Part shown: one piece after another, positions 39,378 through 49,089 of the stretch
How the letters are laid out: each line of letters starts with the position of its first letter
Position numbering within the stretch: position 1 is the first letter of the stretch
NCBI GenBank assembly: GCA_048622455.1
Contig: JBMCUO010000001.1
Coordinates: forward strand, 2,437 to 66,436
Direction of reading: 5' to 3'
DNA from: Candidatus Saliniplasma sp.
Lineage (GTDB): Archaea > Thermoplasmatota > Thermoplasmata > Halarchaeoplasmatales > Halarchaeoplasmataceae
DNA length: 64,000 bases
The notes under the pieces: model-generated
Databases searched by the model: none
Told to the model about the DNA's origin: nothing
The model's input: only the letters and a program-made list of their open reading frames with translations
Translations under genes and position numbers: made by a program

Positions 39378-39722
39378 ATGAAACCTGACTTCTCGATAGA
39401 AAACGTAGATTGTGAAAATGTATTAGAATATCTGTTCGACTTCTCCAAACTCGATAAAAGGGTTTTGAAGATATTGAACGAAGGAGGCGAATACCGTTCA
39501 AAGGATCTAGCCGAAGAATTGGAAAAGGATCAGAGTACTGTATACAGGTCATTGGAAAATCTAGTAAGATGTGGATTGGTGTATAAAGAGAAGCGGACCA
39601 TCAGGAAAGGTGGTTATTATTTCCTTTACTCCTCTAGGCCCATAGACAAGATACGTGAAGAGGCTGAAGAATGCCTTGAGGATTGGTACTCTAAGATTCG
39701 TTCCTCGATCGAAGATCTGTGA
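39378..39722 (+). CDS. TrmB-like/COG3355 HTH transcriptional regulator
   Basis: DLAEELEKDQSTVYRSLENL; GGYYFLY. Confidence 0.8.
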   Translation: MKPDFSIENVDCENVLEYLFDFSKLDKRVLKILNEGGEYRSKDLAEELEKDQSTVYRSLENLVRCGLVYKEKRTIRKGGYYFLYSSRPIDKIREEAEECLEDWYSKIRSSIEDL

Positions 39723-39726
39723 AGTT

Positions 39727-40059
39727 TTAAAGGTCGAATACGTCCTCGATCTTATCAGCCATAGCTTCTTTTTGGACCATCCCTGTTATCTGGTCCACAG
39801 GTTTCCCGTTTTTGATGAATATGAATGACGGGATCCCTTGTATACCAAATTTAGAAGTTACCTGCGAATTGTTCTCAGTATTTACCTTTCCGAACAATAC
39901 ATCCTTGTAATCCTCTGCTAGGCTTTCTATGACAGGTTCCATCTTCTTGCAGGGGCCACACCAGGTAGCCCAGAAATCTACCACCACGTTATCGTGCTTT
40001 CCGATGAGTTCATCGAAGTTACCATCGGTCATCTTAACTAGTCGTTCGTTTTTAGACAT
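39727..40059 (-). CDS. trxA: Thioredoxin
   Basis: VDFWATWCGPCK, GIPS; start trimmed to ATG 40059 after GGAGG. Confidence 0.92.
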   Translation of the reverse strand: MSKNERLVKMTDGNFDELIGKHDNVVVDFWATWCGPCKKMEPVIESLAEDYKDVLFGKVNTENNSQVTSKFGIQGIPSFIFIKNGKPVDQITGMVQKEAMADKIEDVFDL

Positions 40060-40180
40060 TTCAGATCCTCCAAATACTGTTGGTTTTCTGGAAAACATGC
40101 AAGGTATTTAATTTTTTCACTTGGAGTTGAATCTCTATGAATCAAAAGATTAAAATTGGGGTACTCTACTTATTTCATCG

Positions 40181-40453
40181 ATGAACGAAGAAGATGGAAA
40201 GGTCAAGATGGAATTCATCTATTCTGAAACTTGCCCAGATTGTCCACCGGCAAAAGAAGCAGTAGAAAGGATCAAAGCAGATCACGATGATCTAGATGTG
40301 GAGTATATCAAAGCCAAAGACCGAGCAGATATCATTCAAAAGTATGATATTACTTATGTACCCACTATCGTGATAAACGAGAATGTTGAATTCGTCGAGA
40401 CTTTGACCGAAGAAAAACTCCGGAACCGGTTAGAGGAAATACGGAATGGATAA
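40181..40453 (+). CDS. Thioredoxin/glutaredoxin-like protein
   Basis: TCPDCP; VPTIVIN. Confidence 0.8.
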   Translation: MNEEDGKVKMEFIYSETCPDCPPAKEAVERIKADHDDLDVEYIKAKDRADIIQKYDITYVPTIVINENVEFVETLTEEKLRNRLEEIRNG

Positions 40454-41429
40454 ACTCATTTTTGAACTGCAGGGGCCCGAATACGACTTGGCTTCTGCAG
40501 AGGTCAGAGCTGTTTTTGAAAGTTTGGATTGTGAATACAGCTTTAAAGATACATCGAAGTATGTCGAGATGGTCGAAACTGACTGTGGCGTAGAAGTTTT
40601 GGGAGAGAGACTAGGCCTAACTCATCGCATAATGGATCACGGAACCGCTTTTTTAGAAGATTCGCTTGAGCGATGTGATGTTTTTATAGATGTTCCAGAA
40701 GGTAGTTGTGCCGTAGATACCCGAAGACTTGGGGGTAAAAAGGCTGATTCGGTAGCAGTTAGGAAAAAGATCGGTTCTTTGATATCTGAAAGTAACGAGA
40801 TCGATTTAACTGATCCAGAGAATGTAGTGTTGGTCCTGATATCAGATAGGATCTATTTAGGTAGAGTTAGTTTCACCGTCGATAAAGAGAGTTTTAGGGA
40901 GAGAAAGGTCAAGAATCGGGAGTTCTTCAGCCCCATATCTCTTGAACCATGGTACGCTCGAGCCATGGTAAATCTAGGACGGGTTTCACCCGGTGATACA
41001 GTTCACGACCCTTTTTGCGGGACTGGAGGACTGCTCATCGAAGCTGGCATGTTGGGGTTGGAAGTGTCCGGTGGGGATCTGGGTCCAGAGATGGTGGAAG
41101 GATGTAGAAGAAACCTCCATCAGTTCGGTTTAGATGGGGAATTGGTGTGTGGCGACGTTTCCGAGACTGTGCCTTCTGGTGTTGATTGTGTGATTACTGA
41201 CCCTCCCTATGGCCGTGCTTCTTCTACAGGTGGAGAGGACATCAAAGAAGTGTACCAAAGGTTGTTAGAGAGCTGTAACGAGAATCTTAAAGAAGGCGGT
41301 TACCTATCCACGATATTTCCCGAAGAACGGTTCGTGGAGATCGGGGAGGAATATATGAAATTGGTAGAAAAATATGAGAGTAGAGTACACGGTTCCCTGA
41401 AACGTATCTATTGTGTGTTCAGGAATTAA
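40446..41429 (+). CDS. tRNA (guanine(10)-N2)-methyltransferase, Trm11/TrmG10 type
   Basis: THUMP-like N-terminus; ARAMVNL, DPFCGTGG, TDPPYG, RVHGSL. Confidence 0.85.
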   Translation: MDKLIFELQGPEYDLASAEVRAVFESLDCEYSFKDTSKYVEMVETDCGVEVLGERLGLTHRIMDHGTAFLEDSLERCDVFIDVPEGSCAVDTRRLGGKKADSVAVRKKIGSLISESNEIDLTDPENVVLVLISDRIYLGRVSFTVDKESFRERKVKNREFFSPISLEPWYARAMVNLGRVSPGDTVHDPFCGTGGLLIEAGMLGLEVSGGDLGPEMVEGCRRNLHQFGLDGELVCGDVSETVPSGVDCVITDPPYGRASSTGGEDIKEVYQRLLESCNENLKEGGYLSTIFPEERFVEIGEEYMKLVEKYESRVHGSLKRIYCVFRN

Positions 41430-43297
41430 GGTTCTACACCTATGAACTCTAAATCACGTGTTCGACCTGAACCCAACGATTCTATTTGGATGTTGAAACG
41501 AACGACGACGTTTGAGTTTTGGTGCTGTTCCGCAGGGTAGAATTCTATCTCATCACCGTTTTCGTCCCTCTGCAGAAGCATACCAACTGTCTCAGATTCC
41601 CCGGGCAGAACATTGGCTGTTTTATTGGTTGAATCGTCGTAAGTTATGTTCCAGCTTTCATTCGAAACGTATTGAGTAGAGATAAGATAAGAGTCTATCC
41701 TGCCTTGGTTTTCGAGGGAGATGTTGAACAGGTAATCATCCTGATAAGATTCCATCAGGAATATATTCTGATAGATGAGATCGTCACTGGTGATATCTAC
41801 ATCGTAATCAAATCCAATATTGACTGCAAGGTCTGAAGTTTTTCTCAGGTTAGTTACGTTAGAATCCACTCTGAGCTCGACGTCCGTACTAGTGGCATTG
41901 ACTGCAACCGGTTCAACCTCGAGTTTCATAGTGATGTTATCGTTTCTACTCAAGGTATCTGTTATATACTCCTCTCCAACATATTGCCAGGTTTCGTTTT
42001 GTAAGAGGTATAGAGACGAAGACCATGTTTCGTTACCGGTTCCATAACTTACACGGTACTGGTCGCTGATGTCGTATAGGTCTCCCTGGGACATGCCTTG
42101 GTTTGTGATAGTGAAGGTGTAAACTGCCGTGTCATTGATGGATATGTTCTGCATAGCAGGTTCTTCAAGTTCTATTGAATAATCGAACTGGTATTCCGCC
42201 TGCTCTATGGGTACTGGATGGAAGCTGATGAAAAGTATTATGACAGCTGCCACGCCGATGAACTTTCTTTTGTTATCCAAATTCGTAAAATCGTTGAGTG
42301 GTGGAGGATGCTTCACACCCACCAAGAAGAGTATGAACAGAGCGAATACGAGCCATCCGATATACTGCCATAGTCCTACAGCTATAAGGAAGATCACAGC
42401 AGCGTAACTGGCATATTTTGATTTTTTTCCGAATAATGCACGTACGACGTGACCGCCGTCGAGTTGTCCCGCCGGTAGAAGATTGAGTCCTGTCACTAAG
42501 AATCCTACCCATCCTGCGAATAGAGTTGGATGGAACGAACCCTCTTCACCGAAGGGCAGCAGGTATGAAAGTACTCTCAGGATAGCCGGGAACTTGAAAT
42601 CCCAGATCATACCCTGTGGACTTATAGGAGCTGTGGCCGGCATGACGTCCCCTAAATATAATCCTATTATGGAAACAGGGATGGCTACTAAAAGACCACC
42701 TATCGGTCCGGCGACCCCCACGTCTAAGAGTGATTTCTTATCGGGTATCGGTTCTCTGATACTTATAAAGGCACCTATAGTCCCTAGCGGAGGGGGTGCC
42801 GGTATAAAGAAAGGTAATGATGCGTGGATGCTGTGTCCTTTGGCCAAGAAATAATGACTTAGTTCGTGGACTCCTAAAATAGTCATCAGAGGTAAAGTGA
42901 AGAAAAGTCCACCATTCAAGATGTTGTGAAGTGAGAAAAAATCTCCTTGTGGTCGGTAAGAATGCCACCAGAAGGTACCAGCTATGAGGGTGGTGACGAT
43001 GGTTATACCCAGCATCAATATGTTAGTTTTGATCGATCGGTAATTCTTTTCAGGCGTTTTTTTAACGGAGATCACGTACTCCCCGCTGTCTTCCCTGAGG
43101 TATGGAATGTAGTTTTTTGGTACCATTTCTTTTCTTAGATCATCGAATCTGTCTTCGATGTCCTCCCCTCTGTATACGTTGATGTAAACCGATACCATGT
43201 CGTATTCCACTTGGGTTTTGTAAGTAGGAAAATACTTACCTATAGTGGATTGGATAAAATCTATCTCGTCTCTGTAACCGTCAGGACCGTAGGCCAT
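41426..43297 (-). CDS. Site-2 protease (M50) with large C-terminal beta-rich extracellular region
   Basis: HELSH, AGP, NLLPAGQLDGGH; C-terminal ~260 aa with many N-x-S/T sequons. Confidence 0.85.
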   Translation of the reverse strand: MAYGPDGYRDEIDFIQSTIGKYFPTYKTQVEYDMVSVYINVYRGEDIEDRFDDLRKEMVPKNYIPYLREDSGEYVISVKKTPEKNYRSIKTNILMLGITIVTTLIAGTFWWHSYRPQGDFFSLHNILNGGLFFTLPLMTILGVHELSHYFLAKGHSIHASLPFFIPAPPPLGTIGAFISIREPIPDKKSLLDVGVAGPIGGLLVAIPVSIIGLYLGDVMPATAPISPQGMIWDFKFPAILRVLSYLLPFGEEGSFHPTLFAGWVGFLVTGLNLLPAGQLDGGHVVRALFGKKSKYASYAAVIFLIAVGLWQYIGWLVFALFILFLVGVKHPPPLNDFTNLDNKRKFIGVAAVIILFISFHPVPIEQAEYQFDYSIELEEPAMQNISINDTAVYTFTITNQGMSQGDLYDISDQYRVSYGTGNETWSSSLYLLQNETWQYVGEEYITDTLSRNDNITMKLEVEPVAVNATSTDVELRVDSNVTNLRKTSDLAVNIGFDYDVDITSDDLIYQNIFLMESYQDDYLFNISLENQGRIDSYLISTQYVSNESWNITYDDSTNKTANVLPGESETVGMLLQRDENGDEIEFYPAEQHQNSNVVVRFNIQIESLGSGRTRDLEFIGVEP

Positions 43298-43332
43298 CAG
43301 TTGATTTCATAGAACGATGGTATTAATAAGTG

Positions 43333-44766
43333 TTATGTGCGAGGTAATCTATCTTTATCGATGACTTTCTCCTTCCACTTACCTCTCTTGTAAACAACGT
43401 AGGCGGCGGTACCCGCTATAACGTTACTGAAAGCTATAGCTATCCAGACTCCTGTAGAGTGAAGAGTAAGTAGGAATGCAAAGATAGCTACGAATGGGAT
43501 CCTGATCGCCCACAATCTCGTTATGCTTAAGAGCATCTGTTTGAACGTGTGACCCGCACCGTTCAATGTTCCTGAAACCGCCTCGAATATTCCGAAGAAC
43601 GGACCTCCTATGGCTAGGATAGCTAAGAACATGGCGCCCATCCGGATGACCACTGGATCTTCAGGTATGAAGAAAGTCATCAGTGGATAACGGAGGATTA
43701 CTAATACCAATGAGATAAGTACCATGAAACCTGCCATGAGGATGATACCTTTCTTTGCGATCAGGTCAGCACGATCTTTCTTATCCGCACCTAGAGCTTG
43801 TCCCAATATGGTACTTAGAGCGATACCCAAACCGAAGACTATGACGAAAGTGATGTTGATGATACGGCTGCCTATACCGTAAGCGGCTAGAACTTTTTCT
43901 TGACGCGGTAATCTAGCTAGGAGTCCTGCGAGAACTACGAAACCTACGGCATCGAAGACTCTTGCTCCCGTTGCAGGGAGAGCTATCTTGAAGAACTTCT
44001 TGATCTTATCTATATTCGGTTTAAGGTAATGGAGTTCGAGTTCTAAACCAACTTTACCGGTGAATAGCATGTACAGTGAGATCACAGTGCCTATGCCCCT
44101 TGAAAAAACGGTGGCTATTGCGGCTCCTTTTATACCTAAGGCTGGAAAAGGTCCCCACCCGAAAATCAGGAACGGGTCCAAAGCAATGTTGATTATCACG
44201 GTTAAAGACATGACGGCCATGGGAGTTATGGTGTCGCCCCGGGCCCTTAGTGCGAAAGAGAACGCGGCGAAAGTCAGTAGAAAGGGGAAACCGATGAATA
44301 TGACCTGAAGATAATCTATGGCGTAGGCTGCTACAGGTCCTTCCTCAGCTAAAAAGTTCAGGAAAACCGGGGCTGTAAGGTATCCCATCGCTCCTAAGAC
44401 TATGGAAAGGACTATGAGTATGAAGTAGAGTTGACCGGCATCCTCTTGAGCTTCCTTGAAGCGTTTAGCACCAGTGTGCTGGGAGATCAATGCGACTGCA
44501 GCTATACCCAGACCTAATTCTACGGAGAGTAAAAGGAAAACGAAGGGCCAGGCAAGGCTCATGGCTCCCACGGAGAGGGTGTTTTCCGGGACGGGTAATC
44601 GTCCCAGCCATAAAGTGTCAGCTAAGTTGTAAGTAGTTTGGAGTAGGTTGGCTATCATAAGGGGCCAACCCAGTTTGAACAGTAAGGGTACTATATCTCC
44701 CTCGAGTATCTCTTCTTTTGATGGTCGTCCCATCCTCTGCTTAAGGTAATTGAAAAGGTTTTCCAT
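43333..44766 (-). CDS. MATE efflux transporter (paralog of 35417..36985)
   Basis: YNLADTLWLG, LDPFLIFG, GIKGAAIAT; shared MGRPxKxEILEG N-terminus. Confidence 0.9.
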   Translation of the reverse strand: MENLFNYLKQRMGRPSKEEILEGDIVPLLFKLGWPLMIANLLQTTYNLADTLWLGRLPVPENTLSVGAMSLAWPFVFLLLSVELGLGIAAVALISQHTGAKRFKEAQEDAGQLYFILIVLSIVLGAMGYLTAPVFLNFLAEEGPVAAYAIDYLQVIFIGFPFLLTFAAFSFALRARGDTITPMAVMSLTVIINIALDPFLIFGWGPFPALGIKGAAIATVFSRGIGTVISLYMLFTGKVGLELELHYLKPNIDKIKKFFKIALPATGARVFDAVGFVVLAGLLARLPRQEKVLAAYGIGSRIINITFVIVFGLGIALSTILGQALGADKKDRADLIAKKGIILMAGFMVLISLVLVILRYPLMTFFIPEDPVVIRMGAMFLAILAIGGPFFGIFEAVSGTLNGAGHTFKQMLLSITRLWAIRIPFVAIFAFLLTLHSTGVWIAIAFSNVIAGTAAYVVYKRGKWKEKVIDKDRLPRT

Positions 44767-44865
44767 TCTTTCAGCACATCCTCAATCATCTATATACAAT
44801 TTATGCATCAGTATGCAAGTGTTTCGACAAAGAATTAATATCATAGAATACATTTATTATTTACG

Positions 44866-45969
44866 ATGAGTATCGTTAAAGTCCTGTCTATGGTACTGGT
44901 CGCACTGGTTTTCTTTAGTTTGATCTCTGTTTTTTGTGTGGGGGAGGAGGCCGGGGACCCACCTATAAGGATAGATAGTGATGAAGAGTTTGAAACCATA
45001 GCTGAACAGGAAGGATGGGACGGTAACGGGAGCTCCGATGATCCATGGGTCATCGAAGGCTATGAGATAGACGGGAGTGAGTACGGTTACGGGATATTTA
45101 TCGGGAACGTGAGTGGTCATTTTAGGATTTCGGGATGCCGCATTCATAATTCTAGTGACCGTATAGATGACTATTTCCTAAACTCTGGAATATACATCTA
45201 CAACTCGGAGAACGGCGTCGTATCCAGTAATATAGTTGTAGATAACTTATGGCACGGTATCTATGTTGTGAATTCTAAAAATATCAATATCAGTGAGAAT
45301 GAAGTTCAGGGGAATCTTATAGCGGAGACGGTGGAACACGGGGTTCAGATCGTAGATTCAGAGAACGTGACAATAGAAAGTAATGAAGTCAGATGGACCG
45401 ACGGTGAAGGAGTGGGTTTGGAGGGAACCAATAACAGCGTGGTGAGGGACAACTTACTTGAAGAGAATTCATTCGGAGTTTACCTGGAAGGGGCTAGTAT
45501 GAATGAGGTGTTCAATAACATCATATTAAAGAATGGTCACGGAGTCTACATAGAACGGTTGGATGACGATAACGAAGAACAACTACCTTCAGAGCACAAC
45601 AGGATATATCATAACGATTTCGTCCGCAACGGTAATCCCGCTTGGGACAGCTTCGGTCTGGAAGGTGAGAACCAGTGGGACGATGGTACGACCGGTAATT
45701 ACTGGTCAGATTACAGGCGTAAGTATCCCGATGAGAATCACACTGCAGGAACATGGGATACTCCCTACGAGATACCCGGAGTAGAAGAAGATAGAAGCTT
45801 AGACAGATATCCGCTAGTAGAACCCATGAAGTACGACGAAGACGATCCCGACGAACCAGAAGGTTCACATCCGGTGTGGTTAGTTGTGTTTGGATTCATC
45901 ATACTTCTGATATTGCTGCGAGCGGGTTTATGGGCAAGAGAGCGTTATGGAGTCAAAGTGGAGAAGTAA
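44866..45969 (+). CDS. NosD-like beta-helix surface protein with C-terminal TM anchor
   Basis: Signal peptide, GxGSxDDPWVI, beta-helix repeats, NRIYHNDF...GNYWSDY, DRYPL. Confidence 0.8.
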   Translation: MSIVKVLSMVLVALVFFSLISVFCVGEEAGDPPIRIDSDEEFETIAEQEGWDGNGSSDDPWVIEGYEIDGSEYGYGIFIGNVSGHFRISGCRIHNSSDRIDDYFLNSGIYIYNSENGVVSSNIVVDNLWHGIYVVNSKNINISENEVQGNLIAETVEHGVQIVDSENVTIESNEVRWTDGEGVGLEGTNNSVVRDNLLEENSFGVYLEGASMNEVFNNIILKNGHGVYIERLDDDNEEQLPSEHNRIYHNDFVRNGNPAWDSFGLEGENQWDDGTTGNYWSDYRRKYPDENHTAGTWDTPYEIPGVEEDRSLDRYPLVEPMKYDEDDPDEPEGSHPVWLVVFGFIILLILLRAGLWARERYGVKVEK

Positions 45970-46210
45970 AATCTGAGATCCTGGAAGACTAATATAGGGG
46001 GTATGTTGGGATACTAAAACAAAAATACGAGTTAGCTAATTTTAACCCCTTTTAGAAAATATGTTTTGTTAATCTGGCATTTACTCCTATGAAGAAGTCT
46101 ATAGAAATTAGATATCTAGTGGACTGATGTACGAAGGTCAAGGCAAAATTGTAAATAGCTTTTTCAAGATTTGGGGCTAAGATCTAGTTTAAAAGGTAGG
46201 AGGATTCTAG

Positions 46211-47341
46211 ATGAAAGATTTAATGAAAGGATTTTGTTTTAAGATGCCGATAGAACTTGAATTTGGAGTCGGAAAGATAGAAATTTTAGCTGAAAAACTT
46301 GAAGAGATGGATATAGAAAAACTGCTGATAGTGACAGATAGAGGCATCGAAAAGGCGGGTATCCTTGACAAGATAGAGGACAATCTGATTGATATCGATT
46401 ACAAGATCTATGAAGATGTTGAGCCCAATCCTAAAGATTTCCATGTGGTAAAGGGTGCCGAGATAGCAAAAGGATTTGGTCCCGATGGGATGATGGCTAT
46501 TGGGGGAGGAAGTCCTATCGACTGCTCTAAAGGTATAGGAGCGCTTCTAAGCGGAGTAGATGAAGATATCAGAAAATATTTTGGTAAAGGCACCGTGAAA
46601 AAAGAAATTCTGCCTTTTATCGCTGTACCAACAACAGCGGGGACCGGAAGTGAAGTAACATTCTCATCTGTGATAACGGACAAGAATAACAAGAAGAGCA
46701 TCAGGAGTCCTTTTCTTGCTCCCGATCTAAGCATACTAGATCCTGAACTGACCAAGAGTCTGCCAAAAAGCCTCACTGCTTACTCAGGGATGGACGCACT
46801 CACCCACGCCGTCGAAGCTTACACCGCAAAAACAGCTACAGCTCTAACCAATAGCTTCGCATTAGGTTCTATAGAACTAGTATCGAGGAACATCGAGAAG
46901 GTATTTCGAAAACCAAATGATATGGACTCCAGGTCAGCTATGCTATTGGGTAGTACTATGGCAGGGATCGCTTTCAATCATTCCGATGTAGCTTCAGTAC
47001 ACTGTATGGCAGAATCCTTGGGAGGGAAATATGACGCTCCTCATGGACTGTGCAATTCGATCATCCTTCCCTACGTTATGGAATATAATATGGAATATTG
47101 TCCAGAGAAATATAATAGAGTGGCAAAGGTCATGGGATATGACACCATGGAGGCTGGGGCAGTAAAAGCTGTTAAGGAACTTAATGAAAAGCTAAAGATA
47201 CCTTCTATAGATGAAATAGGTTTAAAAGAAAAAGATATAGAAGAACTGGCGGAGATGTCCGTGAACAATCTTTCTAACGAAAGTAATCCTAGAGAGATGG
47301 AAAAAGAGGATTACGTCAGATTGTTTAATAAAATGCGGTGA
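46211..47341 (+). CDS. Iron-containing alcohol dehydrogenase
   Basis: GGGSPID, PTTAGTGSE, GMDALTHAVE, HCMAE...PHG. Confidence 0.9.
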   Translation: MKDLMKGFCFKMPIELEFGVGKIEILAEKLEEMDIEKLLIVTDRGIEKAGILDKIEDNLIDIDYKIYEDVEPNPKDFHVVKGAEIAKGFGPDGMMAIGGGSPIDCSKGIGALLSGVDEDIRKYFGKGTVKKEILPFIAVPTTAGTGSEVTFSSVITDKNNKKSIRSPFLAPDLSILDPELTKSLPKSLTAYSGMDALTHAVEAYTAKTATALTNSFALGSIELVSRNIEKVFRKPNDMDSRSAMLLGSTMAGIAFNHSDVASVHCMAESLGGKYDAPHGLCNSIILPYVMEYNMEYCPEKYNRVAKVMGYDTMEAGAVKAVKELNEKLKIPSIDEIGLKEKDIEELAEMSVNNLSNESNPREMEKEDYVRLFNKMR

Positions 47342-47448
47342 ACTAGATCTTATTTCTAAGGAAATCTAGTCGAATTCATAATGAATTTAAATAATGTAAA
47401 CTAAAAGCACTAACAAATCTTAAATAACTTTAGAGCTTAATCAGATAT

Positions 47449-48162
47449 ATGGGACAAACTGTTAACCTTGAATTATTCAGGGAAACAGCAGAATTCCGTA
47501 GGAAATACGGTTATAGAGCTAGTTTGAATGACTTAACTGAAGGTTCAATCGAAATTTTGAAATCTTTTGAGAAAAAATTAACAAGAGGTTATAAGTACAT
47601 CCTCAGGTCAGATGAGATCCGGAAGGAAAAGAAGAATTTAGGGATAAAGAAAGATGCTAGGGACAAATGGAGATGTGCTGCCTGTACCTCCACACTCGCA
47701 GCTTCCACCATGCCGTACTTCCCAAAAAAACTGGGAAAATTGTTGAGGTCCAATAAGGGAGGATTTTACGACTACGTTCATGACGAACTCGCAGATTTCA
47801 TGGAAGAGCACTGGGATATGAAAGGTGGGACAGGTACATCTCGAAGGGATAGAGTTATTAGTATCAACAAAGGGGATGTTAGAGGGGGAGACAAAAGCGA
47901 AGGGTACCTTATATTCCCGTGGGACAAAGTTCCACATTACTTCAATGAAGACCTTATCAGAGACGTGGGTAGCGAAGATTTTCTTGGAGGTCAGATTGAA
48001 CTGACAGCCCTTGAAAGGATGTGTAAGAACAGGCGGCACGTCATAGAATATTACCCCGGTTACAAGACCTTCCAATTCTACAAAAAATATGCTCTCAGTG
48101 GAAAGATCAAACGATTCACACCTGATGAGATCGTATTCAGAGAATGGGAATTCCACCTGTGA
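47449..48162 (+). CDS. Hypothetical protein (single CxxC, Lys/Arg-rich)
   Basis: 237-aa ORF with TATA-like TTAAATAA upstream; no family recognised. Confidence 0.65.
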   Translation: MGQTVNLELFRETAEFRRKYGYRASLNDLTEGSIEILKSFEKKLTRGYKYILRSDEIRKEKKNLGIKKDARDKWRCAACTSTLAASTMPYFPKKLGKLLRSNKGGFYDYVHDELADFMEEHWDMKGGTGTSRRDRVISINKGDVRGGDKSEGYLIFPWDKVPHYFNEDLIRDVGSEDFLGGQIELTALERMCKNRRHVIEYYPGYKTFQFYKKYALSGKIKRFTPDEIVFREWEFHL

Positions 48163-48263
48163 TCATGTTAAGTAACTCGTTCCACTAATTAGTTACTATA
48201 TACAATAATTTTTATACCGTTTTAGAGTAATTACAAATAGTCGTAACAATCTGGTGAGAACTG

Positions 48264-49004
48264 ATGTCTGAAAAGGATTGGTTCAAGGACCAGTGGTTCT
48301 GGGAGGATTATAGGTCTATCCTATTTCCGAAAGAAAGGTTGCAGAGGACCGAAGAACAGGTGGACAGGATCGAAGATCTGTTAAATCTAGATAAAGATGA
48401 CAAGATACTGGACTTGGCCTGCGGTATCGGAAGGCACGCTTTCGAGCTGGCTGAGAGAGGTTACGAGGTCACTGGTTTGGATCTTTCAGAAACCTATATG
48501 AAGGAGGCTTCTAGTAAAGTGAAGAATGATGATCTAGAATTTGTTCAAGGAGATATGAGAGAGTTCGTAAAGGAGGGATATTACGACGTTATAATCAATT
48601 TCTGGTCCTCGTTCGGATATTTCGAAGATGAAATGGATAACGAAAAGGTCGTTAACAACGTTTATGATTCCTTGAAAAGCGATGGTAGATTCCTTTTAGA
48701 TGTCATGGGGAAAGAGATCATGGGCAGACTCTACACGGAGAGGGATTGGGCTAGAATCGATGATGGCTTTTTCCTGGAAGAAAGGTTTCTAAAGGATAAC
48801 GGCGATTACCTGGAAAGTGACTGGATCCTTATCAAAAACGGGAAAGTTAAAGAACATAAATTTCTATATAGATTTTACTCGAAGTCTGAGATAAAAGATC
48901 TACTAAAAAAAGCGGGTTTCTCAAATGTTGATATCTACGGGGACCTCTACGGTTCCGAGTACAACAGGAACGCTGATAGACTGGTAGCTATAGCTTGGAA
49001 GTAA
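48264..49004 (+). CDS. Class I SAM-dependent methyltransferase
   Basis: ILDLACGIGRH, GLDLS, GDMRE, SSFGYF. Confidence 0.9.
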   Translation: MSEKDWFKDQWFWEDYRSILFPKERLQRTEEQVDRIEDLLNLDKDDKILDLACGIGRHAFELAERGYEVTGLDLSETYMKEASSKVKNDDLEFVQGDMREFVKEGYYDVIINFWSSFGYFEDEMDNEKVVNNVYDSLKSDGRFLLDVMGKEIMGRLYTERDWARIDDGFFLEERFLKDNGDYLESDWILIKNGKVKEHKFLYRFYSKSEIKDLLKKAGFSNVDIYGDLYGSEYNRNADRLVAIAWK

Positions 49005-49089
49005 TAACTTATGAGAACCTTCGTCCATCTTTTATCTTTTTAACCAAAAGAAATATATCAAAATATATAATTCATAACTTGAACGTTAG

